DNA of 61,019 nucleotides from Poseidonia sp. (GTDB taxonomy: Archaea; Thermoplasmatota; Poseidoniia; Poseidoniales; Poseidoniaceae). Positions 8,763 to 16,946 of the stretch are shown here, piece after piece. The position numbers and the translations under genes were made by a program. The stretch is from NCBI GenBank assembly GCA_049600935.1, contig JBMYQB010000006.1, positions 1 to 61,019 on the forward strand. Direction: 5' to 3'. Under the pieces are notes generated by a model. That model worked only from the letters and a program-made list of their open reading frames with translations. It searched no databases and had not been told where the DNA came from. Every line of letters starts with the position of its first letter. The stretch's first letter is position 1.

Positions 8763-9070
8763 GGCGTCGGCATCTCGCCAACACCCTCGAGGTCAATACG
8801 CAGCACGCTCACCGTGCGCATGCCGTTTTCCCCCTCGACTTCTTCCGATTCACACATCAAATTCTGAATGTTGACCGTCTCAGGAAGGCCCTGAGCGATG
8901 TGCCCGTTGCGACGTCGACAGACCTCAGCGACGTCAACGGCTCGAGAGATGGTCGCCCCGCGTGCGACGAGTTGAAGGGAACGGTCGCCGTCTTCCATGG
9001 CTTTCACCACGGCGCGTACGTAGGCGTGAAGGGGTTTTTTTCCAACAAAGATGATGCGGCGGTCGGCCAT
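8750..9070 (-). CDS. albA: Alba DNA/RNA-binding protein
   Basis: IFVGKKPLHAYV, LVARGATISRAVDVAE, RTVSVLRIDL. Minus-strand TTTAT about 35 nt upstream. Confidence 0.88.
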   Translation of the reverse strand: MADRRIIFVGKKPLHAYVRAVVKAMEDGDRSLQLVARGATISRAVDVAEVCRRRNGHIAQGLPETVNIQNLMCESEEVEGENGMRTVSVLRIDLEGVGEMPTPQDD

Positions 9071-9141
9071 GGTTATCGGGCTATCTTGGTGTCGGACACC
9101 CCATAAACATTGACAATGAAAACACCAAAAATGGCTTGCAG

Positions 9142-9216
9142 TGGTGCGAGCGCCGGGACTCGAACCCGGGTTCAGGCGTTGGCAACGCCCGGTGATAACC
9201 ACTACACTACGCTCGC
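9142..9216 (-). tRNA. tRNA-Gly(GCC), intronless, CCA genomically encoded
   Basis: Reverse complement GCGAGCGTAGTGTAGTGGTTATCACCGGGCGTTGCCAACGCCTGAACCCGGGTTCGAGTCCCGGCGCTCGCACCA. Acceptor stem GCGAGCG/CGCTCGC, anticodon loop TTGCCAA, T-loop TTCGAGT. Confidence 0.97.
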
Positions 9217-9240
9217 TGGTACCCTCCGCATCTTGCAGGG

Positions 9241-9248
9241 GTTTAAAC
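9241..9248 (-). promoter_or_regulatory. TATA box candidate for tRNA-Gly (GTTTAAAC)
   Basis: TTTAAA about 25-30 nt upstream of the tRNA 5' end. Confidence 0.55.
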
Positions 9249-9298
9249 GGTTGTCGGCGGAGAATGACGAGGGATTAGGGAGAGGTTGTATCGGTGCA

Positions 9299-12200
9299 TT
9301 ACTGCATGCCAAAACGGTCGCCACCACCGCCATCACCGCGCCGCCACATCATCGTCATGACCGCCAGCGCCCCAAGAAGCACCACCAAGCCGAGGCCTCC
9401 AAGAACGGCCGTGCTCAAACCACCGGATACGACGGGAGGCTCATCGGCTTCAACGAGGGTGATGGCCACCGATGCCGTGTTGAGTTCTCCGTACGTATCA
9501 AAGGCTCGAAGGGACACTTCATGGGTGCCTAACGGGGTTCCATCTCGAATCGACAAGACCACGCTGTATACGCCGTCGCCGGCCACTTCATCTCCACCGT
9601 TCACACCGTCGTCATGCATGAAGGCCCACGTTTGGCCGCCAATGGGCGTGAACACACCGAGGTCGATTTGAACCCGTTCAATACCGTCCGGATCGTTGAC
9701 CTCAACGGTGTACGTGGTTGGATTCTGCGTGTCCTTCTCAACGGTGGTCGGCGCAGTTGTGAAGTTGGGTCGGTCGTTGAGGATGTTTACCTCAATCGGT
9801 AGACGAACGTCCGGACTGACATGATGCGGCCCAAACACAGCATCGCCAACGCCGTTTGGAGCAGGGGTGTAGATTCGTTGTTGGCTCGTGGCACCCAAGC
9901 CATCTTCAGCGATGACCAGCAGCGACTGGTCGCCCGGTGTCATGCCGGATGGCATCTGAACCATGGCCGCCCATGGGCTGTCACCGCCTTCGGAAGTGAG
10001 GTTCACCACCGCACCGCCGTAGGCCCGTAGGTCGATGGAAACCGAGGCGACACCATGGCCGTCGTAGGCCTTGATGTTGACCACCACGGATTGCCCTCGC
10101 TCCAGCGAATCGGGAACGATTTCGGCATCGATCAGCCTCGGAGGTTGGTTGGTTACCTCCAAACTGCCCTGCTCTACGGTTGAGGCTCCGAAGCTATCCG
10201 ATGCAGTGACAACGACATCAACAAGCCCGACCTCCAATCCCGTTACGATGATGGCTGCCGTGTAGACGTCATCACCAACCGCTTGGTCGCCGTGAAGTCC
10301 ACGGTCGTTCAATTCAACCGTTCCGAGTCCCAGAGAAGAAAGGTCGGCAAGCACGCTGACCACGTTCCATTCCGAATCTTCGACGGTTGCCTGAAGGTGG
10401 GCAACGCTTCCACCCTCTCCAACGGCGAGACCCTCTCGCCAGTCGATCTCGGAAACGACGGGAGGGTTGTTGTCATCTTCGCTGACAATTTCAGGCGAGA
10501 GAACACGCTCGAGAACCTGCGTCTCTTGCAACACCACGCTTTCGTTTTCCTCGCCGAAAGGAACGGTCAGGGAACGGTCAATCGTGGACAACAACCCGCT
10601 CAACGGGCCTGCCGAAACCACGGACCCGGTGGCAACACCGCTATCGCCCTCGCCTTCGTAAACGCCCGTCCAGTCGATGACGGTCAAATTGTGACCGTCC
10701 CGTGTGTCAACACGGGAATCGCCGGCACGCACGGTCAAGATGATGCCGTCCTGTCCGTTCAGACGAAGGTAATCGTCGGTTGCAAGAGGGATGGGCATCC
10801 AGCCCGTTTCCCGACCGACCGTTAAATCGCCGAGACCTTCCTCGGCGACCGGAGCCGTTGCATTGCGCTGTTGAGGACTTCGTTCGGGAAATTCTTCGCC
10901 TTCTGAGGCGTCCGGACCCGTTTCTCTCCAGACCAAACGCACGGTGCGATTTTCCCAATCGGACTGCACGGCCTGGTAGTCCCACGTTTGGTTATGGGTC
11001 GCTCCAACGCCCGCACCGTCGAAGAAATTTCCACCGTTAACGCCGGTGATGTTGAACCATGATTCTTGGAAGATAACGTTCACGAGGAACTCCTCCCCGG
11101 TAATGTTCGCCTGCATGCCGGTGGTTTCGATACCACGAACCACACCAAACGTGCCCTGAACGTCCCCCGTCAACGTCCCGTCAACATGGAGATCGTCGAT
11201 CATGGTCGTTCCGTTTTCCAGTTTGGTGTGAAGGTCGAGGATGGTGCCGTTGATTTGAACCGAGGCGTTTTCGTCCTGGTCGGCGAAGCCAAACGTACCG
11301 TCGCCGTAGAGTTCCTCGAGGTGCTGGGTTCGCACACCGTCCTCCCACCGTTCAACGGACGTAAATCCATTCAAGGACACGTCGAGGCGGGTCTCTTCAT
11401 CGATGAGCACGAAATCCGCCATCGCTTCAAATTGGGTGTGCTGAAGAATTCGTTCACCGTCCACGTCAGCGTATTCAAAGAAAAACACGGCCAACTCACC
11501 GTCGATGTTGAGCGAGTTGTTCTCGCCGTCATCCTCGGAAACATTGAGCAGGCCGGTGGCCTCAAGCGACAAGCGCTCGCCCACAACACCGTTGATAACC
11601 GAACGGTTGAGCATGGCATGCGAGACATCGGCGTCGATGACCGTGGTGGTGTCTCCGTCAACGAGGGTGGTTTTCAAACCACCAAAGCCCCGTGCGTCAA
11701 AGACCTGGCTGGTGAGCACGCCTGCGACGATGGTTTCGTTTTTCCACAATTGTGTTAACACCAAGTCGAGTTCGGTCACCCCATCGTCGGTGCTCTCAAC
11801 CGTCGCAAAGGTGCCGTTGCCCAATTCCCAAGACGAGAGGGTGTCGCCCACTCGTTCTTGCCAGCCTTGCCCGCTGAAGGCCAGCGAAAAATTCTGATCG
11901 CCTGCATCGGTCGCATAGCTCTGGTCGAGAGCCCATGTGGTGGAGAGAAGAATCTCATGGTCATCCATCGGTTGGTTCCACAAGCCAACGACAACATCGC
12001 GAACGGTCTCGATGTCAAGGTCGGTTGCATCGTCATGGTCGGTGATGGTGACGGTCAGTTGGATGGTGTCGCCCCAGGAAAGCGAGGTATTGAACGTCAG
12101 CAAGGCTGTTCGCACACCCTCCGCACTCCCCCAGACCACGGTATGACTGGTGTCGAGGAGGCTGCCGTTGTGCGTGTGCTCCATGTCAACCTCAATGCCG

Positions 12201-12382
12201 TAGGAGCCGTTGTCGGAAAACGTGAGCAAGTAGGCGTGGGGGGCATCGTTTGTACCCTGCCCAACCCAGTGCGTGGTGATGCGAACGGAAGGGTGCTCGT
12301 TCGCTTGAACATGCAAGGGGAGGACGCTGGCAAGCAGCATCACCACCATGCACAGTGAAACCAGCCTTCGGCGGGCCTTCAT
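9299..12382 (-). CDS. Large secreted acidic surface protein (1027 aa) with signal peptide, beta-rich repeats, two DxGxxGDxxxGDxVY motifs and C-terminal TM anchor
   Basis: N-terminal KARRR plus hydrophobic signal. Many NxT/S sequons. LNDRGLHGDQAVGDDVYT and HDDGVNGGDEVAGDGVYS. C-terminal TM helix followed by WRR. Confidence 0.8.
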   Translation of the reverse strand: MKARRRLVSLCMVVMLLASVLPLHVQANEHPSVRITTHWVGQGTNDAPHAYLLTFSDNGSYGIEVDMEHTHNGSLLDTSHTVVWGSAEGVRTALLTFNTSLSWGDTIQLTVTITDHDDATDLDIETVRDVVVGLWNQPMDDHEILLSTTWALDQSYATDAGDQNFSLAFSGQGWQERVGDTLSSWELGNGTFATVESTDDGVTELDLVLTQLWKNETIVAGVLTSQVFDARGFGGLKTTLVDGDTTTVIDADVSHAMLNRSVINGVVGERLSLEATGLLNVSEDDGENNSLNIDGELAVFFFEYADVDGERILQHTQFEAMADFVLIDEETRLDVSLNGFTSVERWEDGVRTQHLEELYGDGTFGFADQDENASVQINGTILDLHTKLENGTTMIDDLHVDGTLTGDVQGTFGVVRGIETTGMQANITGEEFLVNVIFQESWFNITGVNGGNFFDGAGVGATHNQTWDYQAVQSDWENRTVRLVWRETGPDASEGEEFPERSPQQRNATAPVAEEGLGDLTVGRETGWMPIPLATDDYLRLNGQDGIILTVRAGDSRVDTRDGHNLTVIDWTGVYEGEGDSGVATGSVVSAGPLSGLLSTIDRSLTVPFGEENESVVLQETQVLERVLSPEIVSEDDNNPPVVSEIDWREGLAVGEGGSVAHLQATVEDSEWNVVSVLADLSSLGLGTVELNDRGLHGDQAVGDDVYTAAIIVTGLEVGLVDVVVTASDSFGASTVEQGSLEVTNQPPRLIDAEIVPDSLERGQSVVVNIKAYDGHGVASVSIDLRAYGGAVVNLTSEGGDSPWAAMVQMPSGMTPGDQSLLVIAEDGLGATSQQRIYTPAPNGVGDAVFGPHHVSPDVRLPIEVNILNDRPNFTTAPTTVEKDTQNPTTYTVEVNDPDGIERVQIDLGVFTPIGGQTWAFMHDDGVNGGDEVAGDGVYSVVLSIRDGTPLGTHEVSLRAFDTYGELNTASVAITLVEADEPPVVSGGLSTAVLGGLGLVVLLGALAVMTMMWRRGDGGGGDRFGMQ

Positions 12383-12433
12383 GGATTGAATGTGGGACGG
12401 CTCCCCTTCAAGACTTTGGGTCCAACGCCTCGC

Positions 12434-13393
12434 TCAGAGGTCCAGAACGTACCCAAACATCAGAGGAAGAACAATGCTCGCATCGCTTTGGATATTGAAC
12501 CGTGGAGTGTCAACCCCAAGTTTTCCCCAGGTGATTTTTTCGTTGGGTGGAGCGCCCGAATACCCGCCGTACGAAGCGCTCGCATCGGTGATTTGACAAA
12601 ACCAAGACCACAGCGGGACATCGGTTTCTTCGAGGTCCTGATGAAGCAGGGGGACCACGCATATCGGGAAATCCCCGGCGATACCGCCACCCGACTGCAG
12701 GAACGCCAGTGGTGATTGGTGGCCTCGGTAGAAATCGATGAGGTGCGTCATGTAGTGCGTACCGCTCAACACGATATTTGGGCTTAATTTCCCTTCCGAG
12801 CACCGAGCAGCAAAGATGTTGCCCAGCGTGGAATCTTCCCAACCTGGAACGTACAACGGAAGGTTACACTCCGCTGCGGCCAAGAGCCAGGAATGTTGGG
12901 CTTCGCCTTGGTAGGAGCCTGCGAGTTCGCCTGAACGAAGGAGACGGTACAGAAACTGGTGAGGAAGGAGGGCTTGATCGCTGTGGTGAGCTTCCTTCCA
13001 CAGACGCATCAAAGCGTGCTCAATCGTCCGTATGGCCTCTTCCTCAGGAATACAAACATCGGTCACTCGGTTCAATTTCCGCTTGAGAAGGTCGTGCTCG
13101 TCCTCGGCCGTCAGGTCGTCGGGAGAAGGGATGTCAACATAGGCATCCCGAGCAACAAGATGGAAGAGGTCCTCCTCAAGGTTGGCACCCGTGCACGAAA
13201 TCGCAGCGATATGACCGGCGCGAATCATCTGGGCAAGGCTACGGCCAATCTCGGCCGTGCTCATGGCACCTGCGAGAGTGGCGAAGACGGTCCCGCCTTT
13301 TTCGATATGATCAACCAACGAGGAGGAGGCTCGGCGGAGCGTACCCGCATTGAAGTGGCGATAGTGTTCGTCCACGAAGGCTCGAACCGACAT
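12434..13393 (-). CDS. Deoxyhypusine-synthase-like protein (bacterial-type; putative homospermidine synthase)
   Basis: HFNAGTL, LAGAMSTAEIG, TGANLEED, GGGIAGDFPICVVP, QITDASASYGGYSGAPPNEKITWGK. Confidence 0.88.
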   Translation of the reverse strand: MSVRAFVDEHYRHFNAGTLRRASSSLVDHIEKGGTVFATLAGAMSTAEIGRSLAQMIRAGHIAAISCTGANLEEDLFHLVARDAYVDIPSPDDLTAEDEHDLLKRKLNRVTDVCIPEEEAIRTIEHALMRLWKEAHHSDQALLPHQFLYRLLRSGELAGSYQGEAQHSWLLAAAECNLPLYVPGWEDSTLGNIFAARCSEGKLSPNIVLSGTHYMTHLIDFYRGHQSPLAFLQSGGGIAGDFPICVVPLLHQDLEETDVPLWSWFCQITDASASYGGYSGAPPNEKITWGKLGVDTPRFNIQSDASIVLPLMFGYVLDL

Positions 13394-13396
13394 CGC

Positions 13397-13810
13397 TCAA
13401 ACCTCCGTAAGGAACCGGTCGACACGCTCTCTGCGTACACACTCAATGGCAGGCATTCGCTCGAGCAATCGGTCATGGAGGTAGGTAGCGATATCGTCAG
13501 GATCGGTCGCTCCACAGGTGAAACAATCGATGGCCAGCAGTCCTCGGTCGGCGTAGCAATGGGCCGTGATGTGGCTTTCGTCAATCAACACAACAGCGGC
13601 AAAGCCCGGAGGCGAGGTGCTCCCGTCAAAGGGAGCAAGGTGGGCGTGAACTTCGGTTGCGGGGCTCTTCCGAACGGCTTCCCTCATCTGCGAAAACAGC
13701 CATCGATAGGCTGCTTCATCCTCAAAGTTCGCGTTCACGTAGTCCAGAAAGACATGGGCACCTCGACTGGGGTTGACCGTCATGTGTTCACCTGCCGGCT
13801 GCCGGACCAT
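13397..13810 (-). CDS. speD: Pyruvoyl-dependent decarboxylase proenzyme of the SpeD/SpeH (AdoMetDC) fold
   Basis: GFAAVVLIDESHITAHCY (E-S autocleavage site), IDCFTCG. Substrate uncertain (see findings). Start could be 13810 or 13783. Confidence 0.85.
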   Translation of the reverse strand: MVRQPAGEHMTVNPSRGAHVFLDYVNANFEDEAAYRWLFSQMREAVRKSPATEVHAHLAPFDGSTSPPGFAAVVLIDESHITAHCYADRGLLAIDCFTCGATDPDDIATYLHDRLLERMPAIECVRRERVDRFLTEV

Positions 13811-13833
13811 TCTCTTTTTCAAACTACCGAAAT

Positions 13834-14835
13834 TTATTCTCCGTCAAATTCAGCAAAAAATGTTGCATTGAACGGCAACTGAGTAGTTTTTTTGGCTCGC
13901 ATCCAACGCCCATTCTGGCGCGCAAGAGCATGGCTTGCGATGATCTTCGTCGCCAGCATGGCGGCCGTAAACTGCGTCAAGACACCGTTTTCTTGGGCCA
14001 CAATTTCGTTCACGTCAGCGCTGATGACCACCACGTCGGGGTTCGCAAACAGCGTTTCAATGGTCTCAACCGCCTGCCAGAAGCTCAAACCTCCTGGAAC
14101 AGGTGTGCCCGTGGCAGGGACAAGAGAACCGTCGAGGCCGTCAATATCCAGCGTGAAATGCACGGGGCCACTGAGGGAGCGAAGTTCATTCAACCATCGC
14201 TGCCAAGCCTCATCGCCCGAGTGGGGGTGTTGGGTATCACGAGCGAAGAAGGTCGTGATGCGGTCGTCCGCTTCAATGCGCTCCAATTCTTCCTTGCTGT
14301 AAGCTCGAATGCCGGCCTGTAAGAGGCGTCCTGCCCCAACATCAAGACTACGTGAAGCCGCACAGGCATGTGAAAAAATCTCTCCGTCAAGGGATGAACG
14401 CAAGTCTGCATGAGCGTCAAGTTGGACCAAGGTCAACCTTGTGAGGTCCCCTGCCACGGCGGGATGGTGGCGAGCAGCGTGAACAAGCGGCGGAAGGATG
14501 CCGTGTTCCCCTCCCAAAAACACTGGAAACATGTCCCCGTTGTAGAAGGTGCGAGCATGGGCTGCAAGTTCATCAAGTTGGCCACGCAAGGTGGCGGCGG
14601 TTCCTTCCCAGACCGATTCGGTGGCAAGGACATTCCCTGCAGGAAGGTCGGCACCCAAACGGTCGTCAAAGAGTTCCACCTGCGCGCTGGCATCAATGCA
14701 GGCTTGTGGTCCATCACACGCTCCCGTGCCGTAGGAAGTGGTCAATTCGTAGGCGAGCGGCACGACGGCGATATCGGTCGGACCATCGGCTTTCGGGAGA
14801 CCGAGAAACGCGCCCTCCTCGAAGTCCACTGACAT
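13834..14835 (-). CDS. speB: Agmatinase (ureohydrolase family)
   Basis: ELTTSYGTG, GGEH, LDAHADLR, HACAA, LDIDGLDGSLVPATGTPVPGGL, DVNEI. Confidence 0.9.
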   Translation of the reverse strand: MSVDFEEGAFLGLPKADGPTDIAVVPLAYELTTSYGTGACDGPQACIDASAQVELFDDRLGADLPAGNVLATESVWEGTAATLRGQLDELAAHARTFYNGDMFPVFLGGEHGILPPLVHAARHHPAVAGDLTRLTLVQLDAHADLRSSLDGEIFSHACAASRSLDVGAGRLLQAGIRAYSKEELERIEADDRITTFFARDTQHPHSGDEAWQRWLNELRSLSGPVHFTLDIDGLDGSLVPATGTPVPGGLSFWQAVETIETLFANPDVVVISADVNEIVAQENGVLTQFTAAMLATKIIASHALARQNGRWMRAKKTTQLPFNATFFAEFDGE

Positions 14836-15014
14836 GCATATTGCGGGTCGCCGCCCCCTTCATCATCCTGCCGATGAGGAAGCACCCCCGATTTTAGGCG
14901 CCAAAGTGTCGGTTTCAAGAAAATACATGGAACACTTAATATGGGTCGGTGACCAATAAAATATAGCAACGGGAACCGATTATCGCCGGTTTCCGCCTGC
15001 ACGGAGGGAAAACG

Positions 15015-15434
15015 ATGGGAATGACACTTGCCGAGCTTACCAAAGCCATTCAGCAGCACATTGACTTGGACATGGACGCCGAAGTCGCTCAGGGCATGGC
15101 CGAGCACGCGCTCGGATTCTTTGGATTCTACAATCGAATCATTGACAATGCCCTTGAGCCAACCGACCGCAACCTGTTTTACATGTTCCAAGATTACGAC
15201 CTCCTCACCACGGAGTCCGAGGAAACCACGCTCTGGGATGGACGAGAATGGCGCATCCACTACTGGAAGTTCAAGCCCGACCTACGAGAGCGCGTAGAAG
15301 CCTACATGCAGCGAAACTTGCAGGAAGACGAAATTGACCCCTTTGCTGACATCTACGCCACGGACGGGCCAAGCATTTGGACCCGAGAGGGCGAAAAAGT
15401 GGCCAACCCCAATGCCTTCACCTCCGATTGGTGA
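15015..15434 (+). CDS. Conserved Thermoplasmatota hypothetical protein (DUF6015-like)
   Basis: LGFFGFYNRIIDNALEPTDRNLFY...GREWRIHYW recalled as the DUF6015 pattern. GGAGG RBS. Family name not verified. Confidence 0.6.
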   Translation: MGMTLAELTKAIQQHIDLDMDAEVAQGMAEHALGFFGFYNRIIDNALEPTDRNLFYMFQDYDLLTTESEETTLWDGREWRIHYWKFKPDLRERVEAYMQRNLQEDEIDPFADIYATDGPSIWTREGEKVANPNAFTSDW

Positions 15435-15482
15435 TGAACGCTCAATGCAAGCGTTTTTGATTCGCATCGGTGAGGGGAATCC

Positions 15483-16865
15483 ATGCGAGTTGCCGTCGGT
15501 CTGGTTCTCTGCATGCTGATGGCGTGCATACCTACCGCCTCCGCTCAATTCGACCCCGAGCACCTCTATGCTTGGCCCGGTGATCCCGTTGACAGCCATG
15601 TCCACCTAACGTGGGCCGCCTTGACCCTTGATGTCAACAACTGGGCTGATGACTATCCGGAAATCGTGGATTTGACAAGCGCTGGTGAATCTGAACTCGG
15701 CAAGACCCTGTGGGTGGTTCGGCTGTCCGACTGGTCCATGGACACCAAAGCCAACGGCTCGGCGAAAGAAATCATCTACATCGACGGCGGCCATCACGGG
15801 AACGAATACCTGGGTACGGCGCTTGCTTACCTCTCTGCAAAGTGGTACATCAACGGCTGGGCGGAAGGCAACGAAGAGGCCATCAACGTCCTCCAAAACA
15901 CGGAACTTCACATTCTCATCATGCTCAATCCGGACGGTAACGACATCGACACGCGCTGGAACATCAATCAGGTGGACCTGAACCGAAACTACGACCACTA
16001 CTGGAACACATGTCCAACGACCCAACCCGGCAGCGCCGCCTTCAGCGAGTCCGAAACCGCCGCCAATTCCGCTTACATGAACGCCTTCGTCACCGATGCT
16101 GACCTCTACGTGACCATGCACACCGGCGTGTGGATCATGCTCTACCCGTGGGGGAAGTGGCCCGAACAGCCACCCGATTGGGAATTGTTCTGGCGTATTC
16201 GAGAAGACGTGCAGGCCAACGTCTCGGAAATTCCCATCCAAAACGCCAACCAAGGCCTGTACCCGAACTGCGGCACCAGCCGAGATTACGGTTACGGCCA
16301 CATGGGATTCCCGACCTTCACCTTTGAAACCGACGACGAGCAATTTGTCCCTGGCAGTTTTGAGAACCTCAACGAGCGGTTGGGCGAAGAGATGGACGTG
16401 ATGCGTTTTCTCATCGATAACGTCTGGTACTGGCGGGCTCGACTTGATGTTCAATCCATCATCCTCGATGACGACCAACTGAGTCTCGAGATTGCAAACC
16501 ACGGCTTGTCATCAACCGCCAACGCCAGCTTGGAGTATCACAGCCTCGCAGGCGAAGTTCTCTGGGCATCGCCGCTGTTCGGCGTCAACGCCAGCAATGC
16601 AACCCAAGTGTCCTTTGAGGTGGACGATGATGTCTTCGAATCAGACGGGTTATGGAACCTGAATTACCAAAAGCGCGTCATCAACGCAGCCATTTGGGTC
16701 AACGAAACCGTGGACAGCAATGTTTCGTTCACGATGGTGGACGACGAGGAAGGCTTCCTCATCGGCTATGGATTGTTCAATCCCGTGACGGTCTTGCTCG
16801 CGTTCATTGGCGTGAGTACGCTCAGGCGAAACGACCTCGTGTCACGAGAGGAAGAGGCCGTTTGA
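15483..16865 (+). CDS. Secreted, membrane-anchored M14 zinc carboxypeptidase
   Basis: Signal peptide. GGHHGNE (HxxE), NPDG, RWN..VDLNRNY, VTMH, FTFE. C-terminal TM helix followed by RR. Confidence 0.88.
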   Translation: MRVAVGLVLCMLMACIPTASAQFDPEHLYAWPGDPVDSHVHLTWAALTLDVNNWADDYPEIVDLTSAGESELGKTLWVVRLSDWSMDTKANGSAKEIIYIDGGHHGNEYLGTALAYLSAKWYINGWAEGNEEAINVLQNTELHILIMLNPDGNDIDTRWNINQVDLNRNYDHYWNTCPTTQPGSAAFSESETAANSAYMNAFVTDADLYVTMHTGVWIMLYPWGKWPEQPPDWELFWRIREDVQANVSEIPIQNANQGLYPNCGTSRDYGYGHMGFPTFTFETDDEQFVPGSFENLNERLGEEMDVMRFLIDNVWYWRARLDVQSIILDDDQLSLEIANHGLSSTANASLEYHSLAGEVLWASPLFGVNASNATQVSFEVDDDVFESDGLWNLNYQKRVINAAIWVNETVDSNVSFTMVDDEEGFLIGYGLFNPVTVLLAFIGVSTLRRNDLVSREEEAV

Positions 16866-16946
16866 GACCAAGGTCGCTGTCTTTCGGCTGACCGAGGACT
16901 GCGAGGGTTGAAGTGTAAGAAATCGTTGGGCTAAATTGGTGAACCC

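Noticed and set aside
9110-9532. ORFs spanning the tRNA (9110..9532+ and the upstream extension of 8750..9202-)
   Set aside because: They overlap the tRNA-Gly gene. Alba starts at 9070 with its own TATA-like element.
9142-12382. Integrated element at tRNA-Gly
   Set aside because: No integrase or transposase, no duplicated tRNA 3' end seen, and the flanking genes (alba, surface protein) look chromosomal.
13397-13810. Confident call as a true S-adenosylmethionine decarboxylase
   Set aside because: The fold is clear but substrate cannot be read from sequence, and the context (agmatinase, DHS-like, no speE) argues otherwise.
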